Shown here piece by piece: positions 55,832 through 64,000 of a stretch of DNA of 64,000 nt; positions within the stretch are counted from its first letter, which is position 1, and each line of letters begins with the position of its first letter. Origin of the DNA: an uncultured delta proteobacterium (lineage in GTDB: Bacteria; Bdellovibrionota; FAC87; UBA2466); assembly GCA_963778115.1 (NCBI GenBank), contig CAVZSV010000004.1, positions 416,001-480,000 on the forward strand. The letters run 5' to 3'. The notes beneath the pieces were generated by a model that worked only from the letters and a program-made list of their open reading frames with translations, was not told the DNA's origin and did not search any database. A program made the translations under genes and the position numbers.

Positions 55832-56782
55832 GTGACACCCTACTACCTACTCGAAGTCCTAGTCCAACTCCTATGGAGTGCAACACCCAGTTTCTCAAAC
55901 CATGTCATCCACTACCTCCCCGTAGAGTGGTACATCGCTATCCGATGGACCCTATCGGGTTCGATCTTGCTAGTACTCGCCCGAGTTAAAGGCTTCCGCC
56001 CTCCCACCCTTTCCGAAATCCTACGGCTCGCTCCTATTGGAGTCTTGGGTTACGCAATCGCTTCGTACGGAACGTTGTACGGTTTGAAATGGGGAGGGGT
56101 CGTCACCTTTGCCCTGCTTAGTGCGGTCAATCCGGTGCTGCAATCTGGTTTTTCGATCGTGATGTTAAAAGAAAAACCGAAACCCCTTTTTTCGGTAGCG
56201 GCAAGTTTGTGCGTGCTGGGATTAGTCTTTCTAGTTTTAGGTAAATACCGTTTGTCGGACGCGAGAGTTACCTTTGCAGCCACATCGGCCGTTTTTTTGG
56301 CCTATGCGTGTGAAGGAATTGCCTTTGTGGGATCAAAACGTTTTCGTAATTCACTCTGCCTTCCTTATTATCTGGCCATTACCGAACTTGCGGCAGCGCT
56401 CTTTGCCTGGATCACGATCCCTTTTCAATCTTCTGCCGTTCCCCATTGGAGAGCCCTTCCCATTTCACTTTGGGCCGCAGTCCTTTTTGTTTCCGTAGTG
56501 TCGTGCGTGATCTGCTACGGAACTCACTATTGGCTACTCACTCGTATTGAGGGGCACCGGCTGGCACTCTTTGAAAGCCTGCATTCGGTCTTTGCAGCTG
56601 TACTAGGATTTTTTCTTTTTCACGAGAGGCTTCATCCAGCGATGTTCCTTGGAGGAGCACTCTTAGTTGCCGGCCTTTATCTCAATACGAGTGCCCCCAA
56701 AGATGGCAATGATTTGAGCAACTCGGTAAGCCCTCCCTCTAATAAAGGGCTAAGACGAATACGCTTTCAAGCAAAGTCATAG
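55832..56782 (+). CDS. DMT/EamA family transporter (start uncertain)
   Basis: About ten TM helices; LKEK and HERL...GGALLVAG EamA motifs. Confidence 0.88.
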   Translation: MTPYYLLEVLVQLLWSATPSFSNHVIHYLPVEWYIAIRWTLSGSILLVLARVKGFRPPTLSEILRLAPIGVLGYAIASYGTLYGLKWGGVVTFALLSAVNPVLQSGFSIVMLKEKPKPLFSVAASLCVLGLVFLVLGKYRLSDARVTFAATSAVFLAYACEGIAFVGSKRFRNSLCLPYYLAITELAAALFAWITIPFQSSAVPHWRALPISLWAAVLFVSVVSCVICYGTHYWLLTRIEGHRLALFESLHSVFAAVLGFFLFHERLHPAMFLGGALLVAGLYLNTSAPKDGNDLSNSVSPPSNKGLRRIRFQAKS

Positions 56783-56956
56783 TTGTAAAAGAGCCGCCAT
56801 TGCTTTGCCAGTCGAAAAAAAAACACAGTAACGCAGTGTTAGTGGCTTCCTTGGTACTGCTGACCATTTTATCCACAGCTTTAAGGGGCTCCCACCCACG
56901 GCAAAGCTGGTCTACAAACTGCATCAAAAAGACTCTGCCTCCGGATCTGCCGAAAG

Positions 56957-58423
56957 GTGGAATCCATGATTCGACGCTTTGTCGTTGGCCCCCTAATCGC
57001 GCTTCCTTGGATCCTCTATGTTAGCTGTAGCGGCCCCGCTCTTCAGATGGCAGGCGCAGATCAAATCGGTCCTGTGACCGCCAATCAGGCGTTGCTAGTG
57101 AGTTCGGTCGGGAGCTCCTATAACTTTGGCGTTATCGGTGTGAATAGTGGGGTATCAGTACAAATAAATATTTTTAATACCGGGGGAGTCACAGCGAATA
57201 ACGTAGCGCCTTCCTTGGCAGCAAGCTCCACGTTTACTTTGGGATCTTCTACGTGCGGGACTTCACTAGCCCCAAGTTCCAATTGCAGTCTGACACTTCA
57301 ATTTACGGCGACCACGGCAACGTCCACTTCGGGCGCTCTATCATTAAGTTACCTCAACGGGCAGACAACCATTCCACAAATATTGTCCATCGCTCTTAGT
57401 GGTACCGGCTCTTCTCAAGGAGTAGGCCATCTGAGTCTTGCGGGAGAGGAAACGGCTGTAAATTTCGGGTCAGTCCCCGTGGGAACTCAAGTTCAAATGC
57501 CCGTGGTTATCACTAGCGATGGAACCGTTGGCATTACGGCGCTTACTATCGGGACATTTCCCGTGGGGGGAAATTTCACTTATGGAACTCCAACGGCCGC
57601 GACAACACCCGCGGCCTGTGTTCAAGGGGGAACGCTAGCCCCACAAAGTAGCTGCACACTGCTTGTTAATTTCACGGCTCCTCCCGTCGTCCCTAACCCC
57701 GCTCAGATCATCGCGACAACCTCGATTGGATACGATGGAACGTCGAGCTACTTGCCGCTCACTGTATTTGCGACAGTCATCGCGGGAGGTGGTGGAGGGA
57801 CTAGTGGTACTTGCCTCTCCCAGTCCACCTCTTCGCTGTATATTCCTGCTACCGCAAGGCCCGTAATGGACCATGGGCAGGGATTTTTGAGTTGCTTCGT
57901 AAACGGAGTTCTCACCACCGATCAAAACGCCGTTTCCTCAAACAGCCCTCCTTACTATCCCTGCGGATTCAACAACTGGGGCTACCGCAATGGAAACCAA
58001 AGCCAGTACAGCGTCGATCAAAGTCTTGCTGGAAATAGCCAGCCCGTTTTACTAGCCAGCGTCTCGCCGGGCCAGGTACTTTACGTTAATTACCTGGGTG
58101 GAACCGCTTACGGAGTCGCGGGTAGTAGCGGTGCTAATTGTGCCAAGGTTTCTAGTTCAAACATTTCTAACGGAATGCCCACTTTGCAGTTTGTAAATGC
58201 CAGCGGCAATGTGGTTGCGATTCACCCAAGAACGGGTGCACAGGCCCCCAACGACAATAACGCTATCCCGGCCTACTCCCTCGTTACGAACTATATCGTA
58301 GTCCCCTCGGGCGCGGTTGCTATCTATGGTAGCTGGCCCGATAACGTTTACAGCGACAACAGCGGAGGCTGCTCCCTAGAGCTGACCGAGGCAACCGATC
58401 CCAGTTGCATTCCCGCAAATTAA
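56957..58423 (+). CDS. Surface lipoprotein with Ig-like (choice-of-anchor D/ASH-type) repeats
   Basis: VSC lipobox-like; two NFG.V...C...LAP.SSC.L.V.F repeats; S/T/G-rich. Confidence 0.75.
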   Translation: MESMIRRFVVGPLIALPWILYVSCSGPALQMAGADQIGPVTANQALLVSSVGSSYNFGVIGVNSGVSVQINIFNTGGVTANNVAPSLAASSTFTLGSSTCGTSLAPSSNCSLTLQFTATTATSTSGALSLSYLNGQTTIPQILSIALSGTGSSQGVGHLSLAGEETAVNFGSVPVGTQVQMPVVITSDGTVGITALTIGTFPVGGNFTYGTPTAATTPAACVQGGTLAPQSSCTLLVNFTAPPVVPNPAQIIATTSIGYDGTSSYLPLTVFATVIAGGGGGTSGTCLSQSTSSLYIPATARPVMDHGQGFLSCFVNGVLTTDQNAVSSNSPPYYPCGFNNWGYRNGNQSQYSVDQSLAGNSQPVLLASVSPGQVLYVNYLGGTAYGVAGSSGANCAKVSSSNISNGMPTLQFVNASGNVVAIHPRTGAQAPNDNNAIPAYSLVTNYIVVPSGAVAIYGSWPDNVYSDNSGGCSLELTEATDPSCIPAN

Positions 58424-58425
58424 AT

Positions 58426-59442
58426 TTAGGGATACAAAATGTCGGAACGGTTTAGAAAGTTTTCGACAAACTCGACCTTCTCCTTTAGACGAGCCGAGGC
58501 GAGTTCCTTGCTAAGATCGTAAGTCTTTCCTTGGTTCGTAGTGAGTACGACTCGGGTCTTGTGGTACTTAAAGAGCAAGTAGAATCCAAAAGTGTCGGCC
58601 CAGTCCTCATAGGGATTTCTACCAGTATAGGTGTTTAAGAAATTGGTTTTCGTGAAAAGTTCGTCATAGATTTGGGGAATGAGGTCGCGGCTAAGTGCAC
58701 CCGTACAATTATAAAAACAGATGTCGGCCCGGTGAAAGTAATCGTTGCCTTGTTTAGGTGTCGAAAAGCTTGTCCAACTCAAAGCCCCCCAACTCCCCTC
58801 TTTGACATTCGAAAAGCCTGAATTGAGTTGGTTCGCAAAATCAAACAAGTGCCCAAATTCGTGCGCCACTACATCCCAAAGAAAGTCGTTTTTTACCTCC
58901 TGCGATTCAACGGTAAACGAAGGAAGATCCTCTTTCACGGCATAGGAGGTCAAAGACCCTCCAAAGGGAAGCTGCTCTTTCCAAGTCGCCCAAGCGCCCA
59001 AAGAGAGCTTCTCATCCAAAAGGGATTGTCTGATTCCAATGGCGTACGTATTGGGAACGGCGTAGGCCGTGGAATCGAGATTCTTTTCGATAAAGATTTT
59101 AGAAACAGAGCAAAACATCTTTTGTAATAGAGGAGGAAATTCATCGTAAAGCGTTTCAAAGACAGGAACATACTTAGCACTATCGGCAAGACACTCCCTT
59201 CCATAAGCAAGACCGGTGGAGTTGTCGTCGACCAGGCAAACCACTTTGGAAATGCGGTCCCGGCAGTCGTCATCGGTGAAGCGGGAATCAAAGATGGCCG
59301 GTGTTCTAACTTTGAGAGAACCGGGATCCATCCATACAATATCGTCGGTAAGATAGCGCATGCCGGGAAGTGTCGGCTTCGCGGCCAGAGCGTGAGTATT
59401 GAGAAAAAGAGTAACAGAGAAAACTAAAGACTTAAAAAGCAT
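58426..59442 (-). CDS. Secreted putative zinc metallopeptidase
   Basis: Signal peptide; VAHEFGH and Y...NPYEDWAD. Confidence 0.75.
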   Translation of the reverse strand: MLFKSLVFSVTLFLNTHALAAKPTLPGMRYLTDDIVWMDPGSLKVRTPAIFDSRFTDDDCRDRISKVVCLVDDNSTGLAYGRECLADSAKYVPVFETLYDEFPPLLQKMFCSVSKIFIEKNLDSTAYAVPNTYAIGIRQSLLDEKLSLGAWATWKEQLPFGGSLTSYAVKEDLPSFTVESQEVKNDFLWDVVAHEFGHLFDFANQLNSGFSNVKEGSWGALSWTSFSTPKQGNDYFHRADICFYNCTGALSRDLIPQIYDELFTKTNFLNTYTGRNPYEDWADTFGFYLLFKYHKTRVVLTTNQGKTYDLSKELASARLKEKVEFVENFLNRSDILYP

Positions 59443-59515
59443 GATCCCCCCAATGGGAGGAACCGTATCATAGGAAAAGTGATAACTCCACCCATCCTCC
59501 TCGCCCCCGGGCTTT

Positions 59516-59590
59516 TCGCAATGACAGACTTAACGACTGTCCTTGCGAGGAGCAGGAGCGGAGCGACTCGGCGAAGCAATCTCATTGCAC
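59516..59590 (+). repeat. Stand-alone REP-like palindromic element
   Basis: TCGCAATGACAG/CTGTCCTTGCGA stem plus GGAGC...CGAAGCAATCTC; homologous to the HNH flanks. Confidence 0.75.
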
Positions 59591-59613
59591 GAGGATGAGC
59601 CTACTAAAGAACA

Positions 59614-60465
59614 CTAGCCAACAACATGGTGGACTACAAATATCGCAGCTGCCAATCCCACGCAATAATACCCAAAATACTTCCAGCGGCCTTGCTCTAA
59701 CCAAGCAGAAAGCCAGCGCAGCGCAAAAAGTCCCACCACAAAACTGACCCCCATTCCTAATAATCCCGGCAATAAAACCGCCGAAGTGATTCCATTTCCT
59801 GATAGTGCTCCTTGGTGAGAAAGGCGCAGCACTTCACGCAAAATAACCGGCGGAGTCACAAGAACGGCAAGGGCAAAGCTAAAATCTTCGGAGGTCATTC
59901 GAGAGACTCCGAGTAACATTCCTGTCGATATCGTCGCTCCCGATCGGGAAAACCCCCGGAAAGGAAGACATAAACCTTGAACGCCGCCAATAACTATCGA
60001 TTGTTTTAAGGAGACCGACGTACTGCCGCCCACGACATCTTTGCGAGAGGAGATAAGAATGACTACTCCAGCCGCGAATAAAGAAGCGGCGATAAGATTC
60101 AAATTTCCAAATAAAGATTCAATTTCGTGAGGGCCAGGTCCCGAAAAGGCCATCTTTTCGATTACCGTCTTAAGCACTCCTCCCAAAACCCCCGTGGTCA
60201 CTGTAGCAGCCACGAGAGCTACGAGCAGCATCTTTCCGCCCCCTGAAGGGCGCCGAATCCATTCCAGCCAACGTTTGCGGAAATAAAAAAGGACGGCAAA
60301 CATCGTACCGCAGTGGAGCATCACCAGAAAAAAAGTCCCTTCGGGAGTCGTTGGGTCAAAGCCCAGAAATTTTCCAACCAAAATGACGTGAGCGGAACTG
60401 GATACCGGCAAAAGTTCTGCCGCCGCTTGCACGACTGCCAATAGGACCAAAGAAAATAGATTCAT
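59614..60465 (-). CDS. uppP: Undecaprenyl-diphosphate phosphatase
   Basis: ELLPVSSSAH, GFSRSGATI, FSFALA, FGYYC. Confidence 0.93.
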   Translation of the reverse strand: MNLFSLVLLAVVQAAAELLPVSSSAHVILVGKFLGFDPTTPEGTFFLVMLHCGTMFAVLFYFRKRWLEWIRRPSGGGKMLLVALVAATVTTGVLGGVLKTVIEKMAFSGPGPHEIESLFGNLNLIAASLFAAGVVILISSRKDVVGGSTSVSLKQSIVIGGVQGLCLPFRGFSRSGATISTGMLLGVSRMTSEDFSFALAVLVTPPVILREVLRLSHQGALSGNGITSAVLLPGLLGMGVSFVVGLFALRWLSAWLEQGRWKYFGYYCVGLAAAIFVVHHVVG

Positions 60466-60517
60466 GTGGCATTAGGATCTCAATGCCGGGCTTTAACTGC
60501 AAGTGGAAAACTAAAGG

Positions 60518-60555
60518 AGCGGCCCTCATTCTCTTTTTCTAGAGAGAGGGCCGCT
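60518..60555 (-). terminator. Hairpin after the SYLF gene
   Basis: AGCGGCCCTC...GAGGGCCGCT stem, followed on the minus strand by CCUUUAGUUUU. Confidence 0.65.
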
Positions 60556-60560
60556 TTATC

Positions 60561-61244
60561 TTATCGGGCGTACTGTTCGACGGTATTCACAAAGGGTTGA
60601 ACCACTTGTGGCGCCTGAAAACCTGGCGTATTGAGTATGGCCGCCGGTTGGGCGTAAGGACCATAAACCGCCGCATTTCTCTCGGGGCCTTGTGCTAGGA
60701 CCGTACCGTTTACCGTAATTCCCGCATAGAGCCCGCCAGCATGCGAGTAGGAAAGGACATGAGCCGTGGGAACCCAACCGGCTCCCGCACCTTCTCCGAG
60801 GGGACCCGCGGCGACACTAACATCGGTTCCTAATTGAAAGGTAGGCCGGGTCAAGATTTGCCGAGCATAATCGGTGACAAAGACAAGTACGGTATCCATC
60901 ACCTGAACCCCGATTTGCAGTCCAAAAGTTGCCCCTCCTACATTAAGAAAGGCAGGCTCGCTCCATCCTTGGGCCGTGCGACAACTGACTAGCCCCGTAC
61001 TTCCCTCTCCTCCAAAAATAAATCCCGCTTTAACTACTCTCATCGAAGCGATACAGCGGGCATTTTGAATCACGTAACTAGGAATGGGCTGCATCGAGGC
61101 CATTCGATCGGACAAGACTTCACTGGAAATCGCGACTCGCCTGTCGATCCTACCCGCAAGCCCCCCAAAAATTTCTGCTTGGGCCAAATGGGTGAACCCC
61201 AAGGCCAATACCGTCAATAACGAGACCACATGCTTTTTCATCAT
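60561..61244 (-). CDS. Secreted SYLF/YSC84 domain protein
   Basis: KAGFIFGGEG.G, WSEP, FGLQIG, SVAAGPLG, YSHAGGLYAG. Confidence 0.92.
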   Translation of the reverse strand: MMKKHVVSLLTVLALGFTHLAQAEIFGGLAGRIDRRVAISSEVLSDRMASMQPIPSYVIQNARCIASMRVVKAGFIFGGEGSTGLVSCRTAQGWSEPAFLNVGGATFGLQIGVQVMDTVLVFVTDYARQILTRPTFQLGTDVSVAAGPLGEGAGAGWVPTAHVLSYSHAGGLYAGITVNGTVLAQGPERNAAVYGPYAQPAAILNTPGFQAPQVVQPFVNTVEQYAR

Positions 61245-61300
61245 TATCCCCTTTTTCTAAGAGGCCCCCCGCAGTGGCCATTGATTTGGGGAAGAGAGGT

Positions 61301-61316
61301 TGCATGCAGCATGCCA
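61301..61316 (-). promoter_or_regulatory. Putative sigma54 promoter of the SYLF gene
   Basis: TGGCATGCTGCATGCA. Confidence 0.65.
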
Positions 61317-61394
61317 AAAAAAGCCCGCACGACAGAGGGGATCAAGTGGTGCTATCTTGATCTTGATACCCAAACCGGTACCAAAAGAACCCTT

Positions 61395-62015
61395 ATGCCC
61401 AGCCATCCCATCACGTTAGCCTGGCAGGATTTGGAACTAGCCCTTCGCGACATCGTTCCTGATGTCTTTAAGAACCTGGAACCGGGGGCCAAAGAGTCCG
61501 ACTATTCCGCGGTGGAGCATCTCATCGGGTTTCGGCTGCCCGAAGATTTTAGAGAATTCTATAACCGGCATAACGGACACATCACCATTGAAGATATCGA
61601 TTATGAATTTCACGGGACGGATTATTTTCTATTCGCTTGTCATTTTTTCCCTCTCTATTTGCCCGATCGCGAAATCGACGACTTAGAAGACCTGGAACTC
61701 TGGGATTGCTCGGTCTTTGACATTATCGATCGCGGCATGGATCACATGACCCAACTCTTAGACGAAATGGAAATTGATGAAGCCATCAAACCTCTAAGCT
61801 GGAATATTAAGTGGATCCCCATCGCATGCACGCCTGAAGAGGACTATATTTGTGTCGATTACGATCCCAGCGATGAAGGGACAACGGGGCAAGTTATCTT
61901 CTGCAGGTACTCGCAATCGCAGATTCAAGTCATTGCCCCAAGCCTTGCCGAATTTCTGCTGCTTCAGGCCGAGGATCTCAAAAACGGCAATACGGTAGCC
62001 GATCCAAAGACATAA
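61395..62015 (+). CDS. SMI1/KNR4 (SUKH) family protein
   Basis: LEPGA...VE..IGFRLPEDFREFY.RHNG; WNIKWIPIA..YICVDYDP..G..GQVI. Confidence 0.9.
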   Translation: MPSHPITLAWQDLELALRDIVPDVFKNLEPGAKESDYSAVEHLIGFRLPEDFREFYNRHNGHITIEDIDYEFHGTDYFLFACHFFPLYLPDREIDDLEDLELWDCSVFDIIDRGMDHMTQLLDEMEIDEAIKPLSWNIKWIPIACTPEEDYICVDYDPSDEGTTGQVIFCRYSQSQIQVIAPSLAEFLLLQAEDLKNGNTVADPKT

Positions 62016-62074
62016 CGCATCGCACCGCCAATTACCTTCTCAATTCCTTAGAATAGAAGTCGAAGGAGCCAAAC

Positions 62075-63931
62075 ATTAAGAATCTCGTCTTTCTTACGCT
62101 ATGGGGAATAGCGATAGTAGCGGGCATGCGCGCTCTTGCTGAAGGCCACCAAGGGGCCCCCGAGGAAATTCCTACCCCGCCACCCGACTGTTCCTTTGAA
62201 GCCATTACCGACAGCTGCAAAATCTTCGATCCCGAAAAACCCAATAATGAGATCATCACTCTTCCCGACGGAAGCTCCATTCCTAACTATGCGGCTGTCG
62301 TGGCAAGGCCTCCAAAGAGCTTCAAGAAGCAGACCGAAGATTCGATGGATCTGGAGCGGGAATTCGACGCCAAGAAAAGAGAGCTTAAGAAAAAGCAACG
62401 CAAGATCCTCAATCGGATCTCCAAGAAAAAGATGCACCCGGATTTTAAGGAATTTCTTTTGAGCAATCTAGGTATCGATGACAATTACTTGGAAGCGCTT
62501 GGGGATATCAAACCCGAACACAAAAACACCGCCATGGAGATCCTATGGCCGCCGGATCGTCCTAATCGTAAAACTCGCCAAATGGAGATAGAAGGAGTTC
62601 AAGAACAGCTCAAGCAAATTTTGGGCCCAAAGAGAACCGAGCTTAGAGCGCTCGCCGCAGCGGAGAAGCAGCTCTACGCCTCAGAGGCCACTCCCGCAGA
62701 AGACGCCGAACAGCTTAAGATGATTAAGGAGCTAAAGACCACGACGCCCCAGAGACGTGAGAGGGCGAAGGAACTTTTTGAAATAGCCAAGGACGGAGTA
62801 AAGCAAGCTATCCTGATGGGGCGGCAGCCAGGAGCTCTTTCGGATGAGGAGAGGAGTGCTTTAATAAAAGTGGACACCGTAGGATTTACCTTGATGGAGA
62901 GTGACGACGACATGATTGGCTACTGCTCGAGCCTCGTTGCTAACGCGGAATACAACGCCGCCACTCACAGTATTAAGGTGTGTCCTAGCTTCTTCCGTTT
63001 TCCTGACGCTCAGATCGTTTCCGTCTTTGGCCATGAGATCGGCCATTCGGTGGATCCTTGTACTTCGCAATTTCCGACCTACCAGATCGATAGAAACCGT
63101 TTAGCCCAGTTCAAAGCTCCACGAGCCTTGGTGGCGGATCCCGAAATTAGCGAAAACGCGGATAGAAACTATGTGTTTACTACTTTGCAGAATATCGCGG
63201 CTCAGGGGGCGACGATGACCACGAACTCCTTTGCTGCCGAATTAGAAAATCCCGAGACTATCCATTTTTTTACCCAACCCAATGTCGGTATCTTAATTCC
63301 GGTTCCAGGAGCCGATGCTATACCCGCCCAACGTTATATCTTTTCCGATGTGGAAAATTGTCTATCTCAAAAAGAGGGGGGCGCATTTAATCGAATGTCT
63401 GACGCCGAAGCAGACCATATCGCGGAGTCCGTATCCAATTTCAAGGCCGCTAGCGGTGAAGAGCTCCCCAATTATGATCCTAAAGAAGATAGAAAAAAGA
63501 TTAGAAATGCCTTTGTGGCCTATCCCGGCTGCGTTAGCGGTGATCGAAAGGATCAGATGGGAGAAGCAATGGCCGACTGGCTGGGAGCCAAAGCGTTAAG
63601 GCACTACTTCAAACAGATGGAAGAGAAAAAAATTGTCATCGCCCCTAAAGTGGCTCAGCTTTCTAGTATCGCTTATTTCGCTAATATCATCTGCATGAAG
63701 CGCTATCAAAACTTAATAAACGGAGAAGACAATTCCCCGGCCGCTATCGTAAATAGCGCGATGAATACTCGAAATGAAATGCGCGATGAACACCCCGCCA
63801 ACAAAGCGCGCATCGAAAAGATATTTCTGCGCGAGTTAGCCCCCCTGCTAGATTGTCCTGATCTAGGACTAGCCTGCGGTCACACAGGGCAACCGGCTAA
63901 AGGGCAGCCCTCTTCGAGGAAGGATTCATGA
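62075..63931 (+). CDS. Secreted putative zinc metallopeptidase (probable ATT start; first ATG at 62126)
   Basis: NA.Y....I.VC, GHEIGH, EAMADW, EHP...RI; the signal peptide is complete only from ATT 62075. Confidence 0.75.
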   Translation: MKNLVFLTLWGIAIVAGMRALAEGHQGAPEEIPTPPPDCSFEAITDSCKIFDPEKPNNEIITLPDGSSIPNYAAVVARPPKSFKKQTEDSMDLEREFDAKKRELKKKQRKILNRISKKKMHPDFKEFLLSNLGIDDNYLEALGDIKPEHKNTAMEILWPPDRPNRKTRQMEIEGVQEQLKQILGPKRTELRALAAAEKQLYASEATPAEDAEQLKMIKELKTTTPQRRERAKELFEIAKDGVKQAILMGRQPGALSDEERSALIKVDTVGFTLMESDDDMIGYCSSLVANAEYNAATHSIKVCPSFFRFPDAQIVSVFGHEIGHSVDPCTSQFPTYQIDRNRLAQFKAPRALVADPEISENADRNYVFTTLQNIAAQGATMTTNSFAAELENPETIHFFTQPNVGILIPVPGADAIPAQRYIFSDVENCLSQKEGGAFNRMSDAEADHIAESVSNFKAASGEELPNYDPKEDRKKIRNAFVAYPGCVSGDRKDQMGEAMADWLGAKALRHYFKQMEEKKIVIAPKVAQLSSIAYFANIICMKRYQNLINGEDNSPAAIVNSAMNTRNEMRDEHPANKARIEKIFLRELAPLLDCPDLGLACGHTGQPAKGQPSSRKDS

Positions 63932-64000
63932 AATTACTTTTAGCACTTTGTTTTTTGGGGTTCGTGGCGACGAATGCCAATGCCGAGAAAGCTCCCGGGA
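63928..64000 (+). CDS. Secreted hypothetical protein, 5' fragment
   Basis: ATGA overlap, GAGGAAGGA RBS, signal peptide MKLLLALCFLGFVATNANA. Confidence 0.7.
   Translation, partial: MKLLLALCFLGFVATNANAEKAPG

Overview
A 64-kb, gene-dense chromosomal window of roughly 50% GC. Gene content (PilMNOPQ, Flp/Tad pilins, a PhaR-like regulator, a solitary HNH protein, many secreted hypotheticals) suggests a Bdellovibrionota/deltaproteobacterial organism; this is inference only. Most genes are housekeeping: the 3' end of rpoC, a selD fusion, rluA-like, epmA, clpB, degP/Q, cls, ssb, hemW, purEK, gshB and uppP. No rRNA, tRNA, CRISPR array or transposase was seen. The most notable features lie outside the ORF track. 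(1) A candidate ~265-nt sigma54-driven non-coding RNA (minus strand, ~45596 to 45331) with nine CAAC motifs, internal stems and a UUCG terminator, built like a protein-sponge sRNA. (2) A 6S RNA with its own sigma70 promoter, downstream of a PhaR-like gene that has a ~380-nt structured GUUG-rich leader. (3) An HNH gene bracketed by inverted copies of a REP-like repeat that recurs 20 kb away. (4) An SH3/beta-barrel gene split at a G9 tract. (5) Probable CTG and ATT start codons. (6) A hidden 57-aa prepilin. (7) A catalytically dead S9 peptidase homologue. All assignments come from reading motifs by eye; no database searches were run.
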